From NCBI GenBank assembly GCA_038087875.1, contig JAXLNO010001914.1, positions 1 to 64,000 on the forward strand: 64,000 bases of DNA. The letters are read 5' to 3'. Each line of letters opens with the position of its first letter. Position 1 is the first letter of the stretch. The stretch comes from Malacoraja senta (Eukaryota). This document shows, piece after piece, positions 13,438-25,814 of the stretch. Under the pieces are notes generated by a model. It did no database searches, was not told where the DNA came from, and saw only the letters and a program-made list of their open reading frames with translations. A program made the position numbers and the translations under genes.

Positions 13438-13613
13438 AAGATAGACAGAAAAAAGTTGGAGTAACTCAGCTGAAGTAACTAGTCTGAAGATGGGTCTCGA
13501 CCAAAAACGTCACCCATTCCTTCTCTCCAAAGATGCTGCCTGTCCTGTTGAGTTACTGCAACTTTTTCTGTCTATCTTCGGTTTAAACCTTCATCTGCAC
13601 TTCCTTTCTACAC
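13438..13613. mobile_element. Short Penelope-terminal module with inverted arms and hammerhead-like motif (13484-13511)
   Basis: Arms are gaagatagacagaaaaaagttggagtaactca and tgagttactgcaactttttctgtctatcttc. TSD: caacagataattg (13425-13437) / caacaggtaattg (13614-13626). Confidence 0.85.
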
Positions 13614-13909
13614 CAACAGGTAATTGGTTTGGCTTAGTGCAAGGGAGCAAAGTGGCAGAAGCATCTGAAGATCTTCCCTGCATCACAAAAGATCCAGGTA
13701 AGTGGATGAGTCCCAGATAAGTCGATCTTCATTCATCCACAGTTTCAAAACTAATTGTAGATGAAATTTCCAAGATTTTATATGTTCTGGTTCTTAATCT
13801 GAGAAGAATATTAACTGCACCTTAAATATATTGAACAAATGAAAATAATAATAATACAAAATAATTTTAAAAGTTCCTGAAACTATCTTAATTCAGAATT
13901 TGTAGCGAT

Positions 13910-14213
13910 GTTTAGTTTAGTTTAGAGATACGGTGTGGAAACAGGCCTCCGGCCCACCAAGTCCGCGCCAACCAACCTGTACACCAGTTCTATGTTAAAC
14001 CAGTTTTGCATCCTACACATTAGGGGCAATTAACAGAAGCCCATTAACCTGCAAACCTGTACATCCCTTAAAATGTTGGAGGACACCAGAGCACCCAGAG
14101 AAAACCCACACAGTCACGGGGAGAATGTACAAACTCCATACAGACAGCACCCATAGTCAGGGTCAAACCTGGGTCTCTGGCGCTATAAGGCAGCAACTCT
14201 ACCACTGCATCAC
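13910..14213 (-). mobile_element. V-SINE (HE1-like)
   Basis: (tttag)n tail at the left; core and tRNA head match 1037-1343. Confidence 0.85.
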
Positions 14214-15099
14214 AATAGTTAAAATGCATAGAACCACTCTCAAAATATTGTTGATGTATATTTATTTCAAAATATATAGAAATAAAAATAAAAAACACCG
14301 GGGAGAAAAAAAAACCCTATCATGTCAGGCAGCACCTGAAGTGAGAGAAATAACGTTTCCAGTTGATGATTTTTAGTCAAAACTGCTGAAACGTATACTA
14401 CCCGAAATATTAACTGTTTCTACGTCACATATGCTGCCTGAATCTTCCACTGTACCTTAATTGGTGCATGTGGCAATAAATGTGAACTTGAACTTGAATT
14501 GCTGAGCTGTTTCATCATTTTCTGTTTTGATTTGAGTACCATTACGAAGGTAACTGTCTGTCGAGAGATGACTTACCTGACAATGTGCAGAAACTTAATT
14601 ATTAGGAGATGTTTGTTATTTGCACAAAGTTCTAAAGACTTTTTACAACCGCATGCAAATTAATCTGGTTACTTCATACCAAAGGAGTTAGTTGAACCTC
14701 AAAGACAATTCCCAAATAATAACATCAGCAGTGCCTATTTGTATATCTTTTCTAAAATCAATGTTTAGGAAAGTGTCACTAAATATTAAAGAATTCTAAG
14801 TGCAATCCATCTATGCACTCAAAAAATATTTGTGCATTCTTAGTTTTCACTTTATTATGACTTTACACAAATAGAAACATCACTTATTTATACAACATTA
14901 CGTCACATTCAACTGCGCATCCAATCAGTTTAATGTGCCAATTGATGAAAATTGTGGCGATCTTAAAATTTAAAATTAATTTCTTTAATGGATGGCATAT
15001 TTACAATTGTCAACTGGAAAATACAACAGTAATCAAACTAAATTATCCCAGAAAGTTTATGATTAAAGAAAATGCTAGACTATTTCCCCGAATTTCCCC

Positions 15100-15290
15100 G
15101 GGGAGATAGTGAGAGAGAGCAGCGTTACGGAGTATGGAAGAGACCCTGGTGAGAACCTCATCTATAGTAGGGATGGGGAACCCCCGTTCCCTGAAGAATG
15201 AGGACATTTCCGATGCCCTGGTGTGGAACACCTCATCCTGGGTGCAGATGTGGTGTAGACGGAGGAATTGGGAGTAGGGGATGGAGTCCT
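15100..15290 (-). mobile_element. Internal PLE RT fragment, near-identical inverted copy of 19015-19205
   Basis: Translates FHTRASEMSSFFRERGFP. By-eye alignment gives 3 mismatches in ~190 bp versus 19015-19205. Confidence 0.9.
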
Positions 15291-15394
15291 ACAAAAGCTC
15301 AATAACCTATAATCAACTTCATTACTTTAAAATGCAACTGCCCCACAGGTTATTAACATAATTGCCATTTTGTTTTTTTGTTTGTAAAGAAACT

Positions 15395-16165
15395 GAGGGC
15401 CTACAGTTATAACTTCAATGCCATGTCTCCATACACCTGCATTCCTTGAGCTATCACTATCCTCTTTAAATATTTCTGATGGTCCAGATTCCTCCACCAG
15501 CCAGGCAAAGAATTTCAGAGATTTTACAAAAAGAAATTTATATGCATCTCAAATTTAAATGACTGGCTCCTTATAGACAATAGACAATAGGTGCAGGAGT
15601 AGGCCATTTGGCCCATTCAATGTGATCATGGCTGATCATCCCCAATCAGTACCCCGTTCCTGCCTTCTCCCCATATCCCCTGACTCCGCTATTTTTAAGA
15701 GCCCTATCTAGCTCTCTCTTGAAAGCATCCAGAGAACCTGCCTCCACTGCCCCCTGAGGCAGAGAATTCCACATACTCACCACTCTCTGTGAGAAAAAGT
15801 GTTTCCTCGTCTCTGTTCTAAATGGCTTACTCCTTATTCTTAAATTGTGGCCCCTGGTTCTGGACTCCCCCAACATCGGGAACATGCTTCTAAACTCCAC
15901 AGTGTACAAGCCCAGCTGCTCCATTCTCTCAGCATATGACAGTCCCGCCATCCCGGGAATTAACCTTGTAGTTATCTTATAATTATTTGAGATTCTCCTG
16001 CCTGTGAAACATTTTTCAATGTTCAATGTTCAATGTCCACTCCTTTGGACTCTAGCTATTTGAATGAGGTCACACCACATTCTTCCAAACTCTGAGGAAT
16101 CTATTTTGTCTCTCTTGGTACAAGAACCCTCGTATCTCAGGAATTAGTTTGGTGAATCTCCACCT
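15395..16165 (-). mobile_element. Nested CR1 3' ends (young copy ~15573-15970 inside an older one)
   Basis: ORF 15646..16026 ends ...VRGYGEKAGTGY, matching the ORF2 C-terminus at 52672; (tagacaa)n tail at ~15573-15590. Confidence 0.85.
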
Positions 16166-16166
16166 A

Positions 16167-17070
16167 GCACATCATCTTTCAACATTTCCGTCACCTCCAA
16201 GGTGATCCCGCCGCCAGTTACATCTTCCCATCCCCGCCCCATTCTGCCCTCTGCAGAGATCACTCCCTCCGCAACTCCTTGGTTCACTCATCCCTTCCCA
16301 GCTACTTTCCCTATGCAACCGCAGAAGGTGTAACATCTGTCCCTACACCTCCTCCCTCACTTCCATTCAAGGACTCCAACAATCCTTCCAAGTGAGACAT
16401 AAGTTCACGAGCACATCCTCTAACCTCATCTACTGCATTTGGTTTTCCCAATGTGGCAGCCTGTGCATCAGCAAGACCAAGCGTAGACATAGTGATTGTT
16501 TCACCGAATATTTGCGTTTGGTCTGCCAAGACCTACTTGATCTACCATTTGCTAATCATTTTAACCCTCTTCCCATTTCCATATGGACCTTTCTATCCTT
16601 GCATGTGGCCTCCATAGGCAGAATGAGGCCACATGCAAACTGGAGGAACATCACCTCATATTTTGTTTGGATAGCTTACGACCCAACTGCACGAACACTG
16701 AATTTTCCAAATTGAAGGAATTACAACTATCCCCCCCCCCCCTCCTTTCTTTCTCCCCTTGGACCATCTATTTCACCCTTCCCCTTCCACATATTTCTAA
16801 TTCTAGCTTCACAATTCACAAATCTTCAATACATTTGCTCTTTCCTCTGATCCTTGATCCTCTTTCAATCAAAACACCCTCTCACCTGTATCCAGCTATT
16901 ACCCGCTAGGTTTTGTTGTACCTCTCCTAGCTCTCCCACCCTCCCAGAATCACTTTCAAGAAGGATTCTAACCCAAAATGTCACCTATCCATGTTCTCCA
17001 AGGATCTGCCTGACCCACTGAGTTACTCCAGCACTCTTTTTGTAAACCAGAATCTGCAGTTCCTTGTTTT
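16167..17070 (+). mobile_element. Older 5'-truncated Penelope-like element (GIY-YIG region and 3' terminus)
   Basis: SSNLIYCIWFSQCGSLCISKTKRR and KLEEHHLIFCLDSLRP are degenerate versions of the peptides at 19511 and 24215. Degenerate hammerhead at ~16955-16982. Confidence 0.85.
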
Positions 17071-17804
17071 GCCAAAATGTGGTTTGCTACACAGCTACCT
17101 GCCTGATAGCCTTTTGTGGCTCATGCACCAGATCACCTAGATCTCTCTGTACTTCACTTACGATGTCCCTCTACATTTAGATATCAATCTGACCTTTGAT
17201 TTCTCTAACTGAAGTGCATGATCCTACACCATTAAACTCATGCAGTCCATCAAGTCCTGGTGACTTGTTTGCATTTAGTCTCCTACTAACTATAATAGAA
17301 CATAACATTGAATGCATCAATGAGCGCACAACCACCAGAATTAGATCAGTTAGAACAGTCCAGACAAAAAAAAATCATGCAAGTCTGAATTAATTATGAA
17401 TTCAACATAATATGGAATATCAGGAAAAGTTGCAAAAATCTGATATTTTGAGTTAAAATGTTTACTGATATAAAAGACTTTAGGTAAGACGTAGTACTTC
17501 ATGAAACACGTCCTCAGTACCAAAATTACAGAAATGATCACTTAGAAGACGAGCTAAATTTTTAAATGAATCAAAGGCGGACAACTATCTCCGCAGTGCT
17601 TGATGGCTCTGAAAATATATGAATGTCTGGTATAAGGCAAAAGTTTTCCTTTTTTCCACTTTCTGCAAGTTAGATGCTGTGACATGAGGATGAAATTTAT
17701 CTAGCCTCTCAGAGTGGAGCCCAAGATATGTCCAATGCAGTTAAGTACCAATTCCAAAAAGCCATATACTCAATGCTATGTAAGATTAATGTGAAATATA
17801 TGAA

Positions 17805-18097
17805 TTTAGTTTAGTTTAGTTTAGAGATAGAGCATGGAAACAGGTCCACTGAGCGTGTCGACCAGCGATTCCTGTACACTAGCATTATCAAACACTCACC
17901 AGGGACACTTTACAATTTTTACCAAAGCCAATTAGCCTACAAACCTGTCTTTGGAGTGTGGGAGGAAACCAGAGCACACATGCAGGTCAATGGGAGAATG
18001 TACAAACTCTGTACAGGCAGCACCCTTGATCAGGATCGAACCTGGGTCTCTGGTGCTATAAGGCAGCAACTCAACCACTGCGCCACCATGCAGCCCC
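17805..18097 (-). mobile_element. V-SINE (HE1-like)
   Basis: (tttag)n tail, core, and B box caggatcgaacc. Confidence 0.85.
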
Positions 18098-18448
18098 TAA
18101 AAATCCTCTGATGTAAGAAAGTTGTTATTACATACCAATGATTCTGTGACAACTGTCAATTATAATTATGAAGACACAAGAAATTGCAGATGCTGATTTA
18201 TATAAAGGCCTGTATGCAAGTCAGATATTTGTGGCTGGGGTGGACCCATTTCATAAAACACAGCACTTTTGGCTCAGCACGATGTTTTAGTTAAAAATTA
18301 AGCAGCTGGATTGATTTTATTATGATTTATTATAGAATATCAGCAAGATAATATTCACTGCAAAATCATGTATTCTATGTCTTAGCATCAATGAGTGCAC
18401 AAAATCATGTGTCTTGCATGTTAACTTTGTTATAACTACACTGTCCTT

Positions 18449-18706
18449 CTGCAGTTGTACAGAGCCCTAGTGAGACCACACCTGGAGTATTGTGTGCAGT
18501 TTTGGTCCCCAAATTTGAGGAAGGACATTCTTGCAATTGAGGGAGTGCAGCGTAGGTTTACAAGGTTAATTCCCAGGATGGCAGGACTGTCATATGCTGA
18601 GAGAATGGAGCAGCTGGGCTTTGGAGTTTAGAAGGATGAGAGGGTATCTCATTGAAACATATAAGATTGTTAAGGGCTTGGACACACTAGAGGCAGGAAA
18701 CTTGTT
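18449..18706 (+). mobile_element. CR1 ORF2 internal fragment
   Basis: Encodes LQLYRALVRPHLEYCVQFWSPNLRKDILAIEGVQRRFTRLIPRMAGLSY. Confidence 0.9.
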
Positions 18707-18789
18707 AATTTTACCTCCTTAAGCATCTGAGAAGATTCAGCATGACTTCAAGAATTCTCTTGCAGTTCTGCAGATGGCTGTTAAATGTA

Positions 18790-20420
18790 TTTTGATGGGA
18801 CATATCTCAGGCTTGTATGGCATCTACCACTTTCATGGTCATCGGAATCTGCAGAGAGTGGTGAAAACAGACCTAGTCCATCACAGACTCGTCACTTCTA
18901 CCATCAAGTTGATCTTCATGGTGCATTGCATCAGAAAGGCTAGAAGTATCCACTATAAACCCACTGACTCCCATGGCTATCTAGACTACTCTTCTTCCCA
19001 TCCTGCTTCCTGCAAGGACTCCATCCCCTACTCCCAATTCCTCCGTCTACACCACATCTGCACCCAGGATGAGGTGTTCCACACCAGGGCATCGGAAATG
19101 TCCTCATTCTTCAGGGAACGGGGGTTCCCCTCCCCTACTATAGATGAGGTTCTCACCAGGGTCTCTTCCATACCCCGTAACGCTGCTCTCTCTCACTATC
19201 TCCCCACTCGTAACAAGGGCAGAGTCCCCTTAGTCCTCACCTTTCACCCCACTAGCCGTCACATACAACAAATAGTCCTCCATCATTTTCGCCACCTCCA
19301 ACGTGACCCCACCACTCACCACATCTTCCCATCTCTCCTCCGTCTGCTTTCCGCAAAGACCGCTCCCTCCGTAACTCCCTGGTCAATTCTTCCCTTCCCT
19401 CCCGCACCACCCTCTCCCCGGGCACTTTCCCTTGCAACCGCAAGAGGTGCTACACCTGTCGCTTTACCTCCCCCCTCAACTCCATTCAAGGACCCAAGCA
19501 GTCGTTCCAGGTGCGACAGAGGTTCACCTGCATCTCCTCCAACCTCATCTATTGCATCCGCTGCTCTAGATGTCAGCTGATCTACATCGGTGAGACAAAG
19601 CGTAGGCTTGGCGATCGTTTCGCCGAACACCTCCGCTCGGTCCGCATTAACCAACCTGATCTCCCGGTGGCTCAGCACTTTAACTTCCCTTCCCATTCCG
19701 AATCTGACCTTTCTGTCCTGGGCCTCCTCCATGGCCAGAGTGAGAACCACCGGATATTGGAGGAGCAACACCTCATATTCCGCTTGGGCAGTCTGCACCC
19801 TAGTGGCATGTACATTGAATTCACCAATTTCCTGTAGCCTTTGCTGTCTCCTCCCCTTCGCAGCTCTCCCTCAGCCCTCGGGCTCCTCCTCTTCCTTTTT
19901 CCTTGCTTCTCCCCATCCCCCCCCCCTCCCCCCCCACCCTACATCAGTCTGAAGAAGGGTTTTGGCTCGAAACGTTGCCTATTTCCTTCACTCCATAGAT
20001 GATGCTGCACCCGTTGAGTTTCTCCAGCACTTTTGTCTACTGTCGTCCTGGCTATTCCCCTTTCCCTCTTCTGCCTTCAGGGAGAAGATACGGGAGCAAG
20101 AAAGCCTGGGTAACAAGACTCAACAACAGGTTCTCCCTGTTGCTCTCAGAACAATGAACCATTCACCACTTTTGCATCCCCTTGTGGAGGTGCTGCCATG
20201 TCCTCTTATTCTTAGCTCTACCTCATTCTGCTATTCCGTTACGGAACTTTACTTTTTTCATTGTACCAGCTCAGATTGTGCCACAATTCTGCTGTTTTAC
20301 AGTTATCGTAGTATTTATTGTTGTACTTCTGAATTTATTGTTCACTCTGAGTTTCATGCAAACTAGGAACTTAATTGCACCCTAGTGTATATGACAATAA
20401 ACTAAACTGAATCTGAATCA
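18790..20420 (+). mobile_element. Rex1/Babar-type LINE 3' fragment split by a PLE (pieces ~18790-18947 and ~20041-20420)
   Basis: NLQRVVKT...HCIRKARSI precedes the PLE, and ctgccttcagggagaagatacgg (LPSGRRY) follows it. Tail caataaactaaactgaatctgaatc. Same family as 61445 and 63150. Confidence 0.65.
18948..20040 (+). mobile_element. 5'-truncated Penelope-like element (Neptune-like): RT C-terminus, Cys-rich linker, GIY-YIG endonuclease, 3' hammerhead-like motif (19949-19976)
   Basis: YKPTDSHGYLDYSSSHP..IPYSQFLRL, CNRKRCYTC linker and NLIYCIRCSRCQLIYIGETKRRLGDRFAEH. One frameshift near 19335; stop at 19837. Confidence 0.92.
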
Positions 20421-20814
20421 CGAGATGTAATTTGTTTCACTAGAATTTGTCTCACTACAAATTTTATTTGCTACCAGAATTAAGTAAAGTTTTTGGAGTG
20501 GCTGTTTTTTTTAAGGAATGAAACTTGTTGAATTTTCTGCCACATAACCTGAATAACCTGAACCCTGCAATAAAGTTAGAAATCATTAAGTTGGCATCAT
20601 TAGAAATCCAAATATAAACTTTTAGATTTTAATCAATTCATAAATTTACCCGACTTTAAACTATATTAAATAGCATTCAGCTACTTTTCAACGTACTAAT
20701 GCCAAGAAGAGGCACACAAGCAATTTAACTTCATGTCAGTTAACTTGGACATATCCAAATATAATACAATTTTGTTTCCCACTCTTTAGCCTTGGCACCA
20801 TGACCCTATACAAA

Positions 20815-20983
20815 TCACAAAATACGGGAAGAACTCAGCAGTCAGGCAGCACCTGAGGTGGGAATAGAAAGTTGACCTTTTGGTCTGTACCCTCCCCAGA
20901 TGCTGCCCAACCTACAGCTTGGCTGTGTTCCTACAGCACTCTGTGTTTTGCTCAAGATTCCAGCATCTCAGACTCTTGTATCT
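20815..20983. mobile_element. Old inverted-arm Penelope-terminal module
   Basis: gaactcagcagtcaggcagcacctg ... cagatgctgccc...caagattccagcatct resembles the PLE terminus in both orientations. Confidence 0.55.
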
Positions 20984-22659
20984 ATTATATTGTTTATATA
21001 ACCTCGGGGAAATAATGACAAATTACATATTGGTATAAAATGTGGATCACTAAATAATAGTGAATTTTTTAAAGATTAAAATTTAAACAGAAATTGCCCT
21101 TTTTATTTGTCTTCTTTTCATATAAATTGTCTGCACTAACAAATGTCATGATATTAATCACACCAGTGTGATTAAGCATGCAATAAAGCATTCAATATCA
21201 TTTTAGTAGCAAACCATTGCAATATTAAGTGCATGTCTTTCGACTACTCATTTTGCAGGGTCACAGAACACCTTACTCATTTTTCATTGTACTTGAAATA
21301 TAATTAAGAATATATTTGAACTTTTTCTAAAGTGCTACATGCAGTATGATAAAGATAAATGGTTATACGTAAAGAAATGTATTTATAAGCAACGGCAAAT
21401 GAAAAGTGGGCTGACAAATGATTGAATGGTCTCTCAAATTACACCATCGCAATTACTTGTTTTTCCCAATGCATTCTTTGCTGTTTACTAATTCACACCT
21501 CCACTTGTAGAACATTTAGCAAAGAGTCAAGACGCCTCAGCTTTCCTTCAGTACTGCCAATTATATTCCCTTGCTACATTTCACAGTAAATTTCTATCTC
21601 AGGGCTCTCTAATCCAGTGTGGCGCATTGGTAATGACCTGAACGGTAGCTGTTTCACACATACATATTTAATTACAGCAGCTGAACAAATTACATATTTA
21701 TGCTTTATAAAGAAGATTGTCATTGTAATTCATTTGCTATGCATGCAGGTACAAGACTCCCATCTGTGACTGCATCTGCGCATCAAGAGGGTTCGATGGG
21801 ATAACATGCTGTCAGCAAAAGCATTGAAACTTTTACTAAATGATCATTTCCCAGTATGATGAAAAATCTTTTGATCGCAGAATTGATTCGTCTTAATTCA
21901 GAATACCATCTCAGTTTATTATAGATAAGGTGCTATCTGGTTAGATTATAGCCACTGTACTGATAACAGCATATAACAAACGTTGTTATTATTTGCTGAT
22001 AATGTGAAGAAATATTCAATATTAGTCATGTAAATAGTAATCCTTGTGACAATCACCTCATTACACACAATAGACAACCAACACATACATAAAGATAATA
22101 CATTAATAAATGTACATCCATGTTGTAAACAATAATACATACCAATGAGTCATTTACGGTGTGTAAATTAATCTTGGATTCTCAGATAGTAATTATAAAC
22201 TGCAAACTTTTTGTCTTCTCTCTCACCACACTGCACCCATTCCTGCATTTCTCCTTTTCGTCTCAAGATGAATACTTATATTGTACAGACTTTGGGGACA
22301 TTGATTATAGTATCACTCTCAGGTGTCCTGTCTGTGAAATAATTCCCTGATGGCTATTATATTAATCTTTCGTGGCTTTCCATTATCCATTGAAGAAATA
22401 ATACCAGTGGCTAATGATTATTGTGCATACCTCCACCCAAACATGTCATATATTTAAATGAACAACAACAAAAAATAAGAGCTATGACCAGGGATTTGAC
22501 CGATGAAGAGTTAGGCTAACACACAGGTTCTAAGTAGTTTATTTTGCATCGTCAAAGACATTGTAGACTCCGTGACATATCAGCAAGACCTTAAGACATG
22601 ATAATTAGCAGGACCTAAAGTCTAGTCAGTTTAAATAGGGACAACTGGTAATTATTACA

Positions 22660-22900
22660 ATAAAGTGAAGCAGGAGTAGGCTATTTAGCCCCTGTACCCG
22701 ATCCACTATTCTATAGGAATGTGGCTGATTGTTTACCTCAGCATCACTTTCTAGTGCTAACCCCCATCCTCCTCTATTCCCTCAATATCCAAAATTAAAC
22801 TATTGACCTCTGCCTTGAATATGTTCAGCAACTGACCCTCCACTGTTGGCTTGGATGCAGAATTCCACAGACTGATTACCCTCTCGGTGAGGAAATTAAA
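22660..22900 (-). mobile_element. Old CR1 3' end
   Basis: gcaggagtaggctatttagcccc ... cagaattccacagactgattaccctct resembles the CR1 3' region at 52600-52810. Confidence 0.6.
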
Positions 22901-24218
22901 TGAATAGCAGTTTGCTGAGAAACGAACATTGACACAGCAATGAGGAGCATAATACAGGAATCAAAACGCAGAGAAAGTTTTCAAATTTACATTACAAAGG
23001 TGATTATGTTATCTTCAGCTCGTGTGTTTGTTGAAACTAATATATACAGAAGCTATCATTGTTGAAAAAGTAGTATTTAAACCACACATAATAGATTTTC
23101 CAAGGTGGGATTGCATTATTATCTGAAAATGAATTATACTTGTTTAAGTACTATACACCTTTGATCTACAAACAAATGTAAACTGTTATGAAAATACTTT
23201 CTCTTCTAGAATAAATACCAAATTATACTCCATTAGTCGTTTGCACATTCACTTGTCTAGTTGCAAGTTTTTATTTTTATCTTGTTATAAAATGTAAACA
23301 AAGAACAGTTGAATAGTCTCATGTTGAGTTCACTCCACCCTTATAGTTACATTTTGCAGATCTGCAACGGAAGTACCAAGTCAAAAATACAAAGTTAATT
23401 CAACTCTTATTGGATCTACAATTTAACTTTACATCAAATTTAAGATTTGCTGGGTAAATTGGTTTATACAAAAGCCTTTAATCTCACTGAATGCCACCTC
23501 TGCCAATAGCAAAAAAATCCATTATCTTGTGCATCCCAAAGTTTACACAGTGAAACAAATAAATTAGTTCAGGCTATTGCAGTTGCAAGAATCAATGTAA
23601 TTAGGCTTTAATTAGAGCTATCAGCAGCTCCCATAATCTTAGGCTACTGCTAAAACAGACAGCCATGCAATACACGAGCCAATAAGTAAATGATGGCAAG
23701 AACAGCTGGCCTTGCTTGTAAAGTACTTAAAAGCTAAGGTTGTACATGTTTTTATGAGATAACAATCTTAACTGGTTAAATTTGGCTCATCTTATTAGAG
23801 TAAACTCATCAGATTGGTATGGTAGCAGGCATTGAAGCTGCCGTTCCTACAAGAGCCATCAACAAATGACACTTTGGTTGACACTTTCTTATATTTTTTG
23901 TTAAAAGTGAGTTTTTCTGATATCAATTTATGCAGTTGTATCTTGTGCCATAACTTAGATGTGGCTCAAACTGTTAAGGGTACCAACAAGTTTCTTGCAG
24001 ATTGCTCTGGTACAATTATGGGTATGTCCCAGGTCAATAGTACTATAAACGCAACTTCATCTAAAAGCAACTGAAGTGCATCCTTATTTAAGGATTTGAA
24101 TATATAATTTTCTGATTCATCAACAATCAAGATGTCTACTGAGCAATGGTAAAATAAAGCAATCAGACTTTTGAAAAGGAACTATAGTGGAACAATATGG
24201 ACTGAACGTGCATATTGA

Positions 24219-25002
24219 ACCTCCAACGTGACCCCACCACTCGCCATATCTTCCCATCTCCCCCTATGTCTGCCTTCCGCAAAGACCGCTCCCTCCGTAA
24301 CTCCCTTGTCAATTCTTCCCTTCCCTCCCGTACCACCCCCTCCCCGGGTACTTTCCCTTGCAACCGCAAGAGATGCAACACTTGTCCCTTCACCTCCCCC
24401 CTCGACTCCATTCAAGGACCTAAGCAGTCGTTCCAGGTGCAACAGAGGTTCACCTGCATCTCCTCCAACCTCATCTATTGCATCCGCTGCTCTAGATGCC
24501 AGCTGATCTACATCGGTGAGACCAAGCGGAGGCATGGCGATCGTTTCGCCGAACACCTCCGGTCGGTCCGCAATAACCAACCTGAGCTCCCGGTGGCTCA
24601 GCACTTCAACTCCCCCTCCCATTCCGTATCTGATCTCTCTGTCCTGGGTCTCCTCCATGGCCACAGCGAGCAACACCGGAAATTGGAGGAAATGCACCTC
24701 ATATTCCGCTTGGGCAGTCTACATCCTGGGGGCTTGAACATTGAATTCTCCCAATTCTGCTAGCCCTTGCTGTCCCCTCCCCTTCATCAGCCCTCTGGTT
24801 GTCTCCCCCCCCCCCTCCCCTAGCCCTCGGGCTCCTCCTCCGCCTTTTTTCCTTTCTTCTCCCCACCCCCTATCAGTCTGAAGAAGGGTTTCGGCCCGAA
24901 ACGTTGCCTATTTCCTTCGCTCCATAGATGCTGCTGCACCCGCTGAGTTTCTCCAGCATTTTTGTGTACCTTCGATTTTCCAGCATCTGCAGTTCCTTCT
25001 TT
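24219..25002 (+). mobile_element. Young 5'-truncated Penelope-like element (linker plus GIY-YIG ORF 24215..24763 open) with 16-bp TSD
   Basis: CNRKRCNTC and NLIYCIRCSRCQLIYIGETKRR. TSD aacaatatggactgaa at 24191-24206 and 25003-25018. Confidence 0.95.
24875..24908 (+). ncRNA. Minimal type I hammerhead ribozyme-like motif in the PLE 3' terminus
   Basis: CTGAAGA-A-GGG TTTCGG CCC-GAAA-CGTT has both hammerhead core boxes, helix II and a palindromic AACGTT helix III. PLEs are known to carry such minimal motifs. Helix I is weak and there is an extra A before helix II. Confidence 0.6.
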
Positions 25003-25814
25003 AACAATATGGACTGAAAATTGGTTGGCCTTCCCCAAATTCTTAAATGTAAGTGTTCTAAAATTTAATGGTCAGAAATATAGTAATTCCAGAGCGTGGT
25101 GGATTCAAAAATGACCTTTCCCCTGCTTCCTCTCCCGAGCAATCTATCCCTTCCAAATGGATCTGCCAACATTGCTCTATCAACTGAAAGACACAATTTT
25201 CAGAGAGCTCCTGCATTAGCAGACACATATCCTGTGAAACCCACCACTGCACCATACACTGGGAATATCTAGCAGCTATCCATTATTATAAGGCAACTGG
25301 AAACTTCATAACCACCATCCTCAACTCATCTCCAGATAATTATTAAGCTCTGACCCATTAATCTCACCTAGATTTCCAACCATCTTCCCTGCTCACGTCA
25401 ATGCTGTCGCATATCGTCTAACTCAGTATATAATAATGCATCAGCTCGGACTGAGCTTGAGATGTGCTCAGCGCAAGGTGTTTAAGCCCTGCCATCAGTT
25501 GCTTCTTTTATGGGCAGAGACAAAATCCCAAAAAAAACACTCTATTAGTCCTTTATTTTTTCCCATCCAATTTTATTAAACTTTACAGAAATTTGCATAA
25601 ATATAATTTACAAAGGGTTAATATCAGTTCATTCGCTACACACCTCAACAAAAGGGTAATCATTGTGTACTGTGAAAGTAAAGAAAAACAAGACTAATAA
25701 TATCTACATTTTCTAATTGGTATTGGTTTAGATACTCCCAGTAAGGCATTTATTATGAATGAGTTACCACAACTGCTAAAATAATACCGCATTGTACTAT
25801 CTTGCTCCAAGTGT

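Noticed and set aside
18774-19580. 268-aa ORF that could be read as a novel or domesticated fusion gene
   Set aside because: It is a chance in-frame join of a decayed Rex1/Babar fragment and a 5'-truncated PLE, and it leaves the PLE frame at a frameshift near 19335.
19252-19798. Minus-strand ORFs over the PLE (likewise 24163-24697)
   Set aside because: They are antisense shadows of GC-rich PLE coding sequence.
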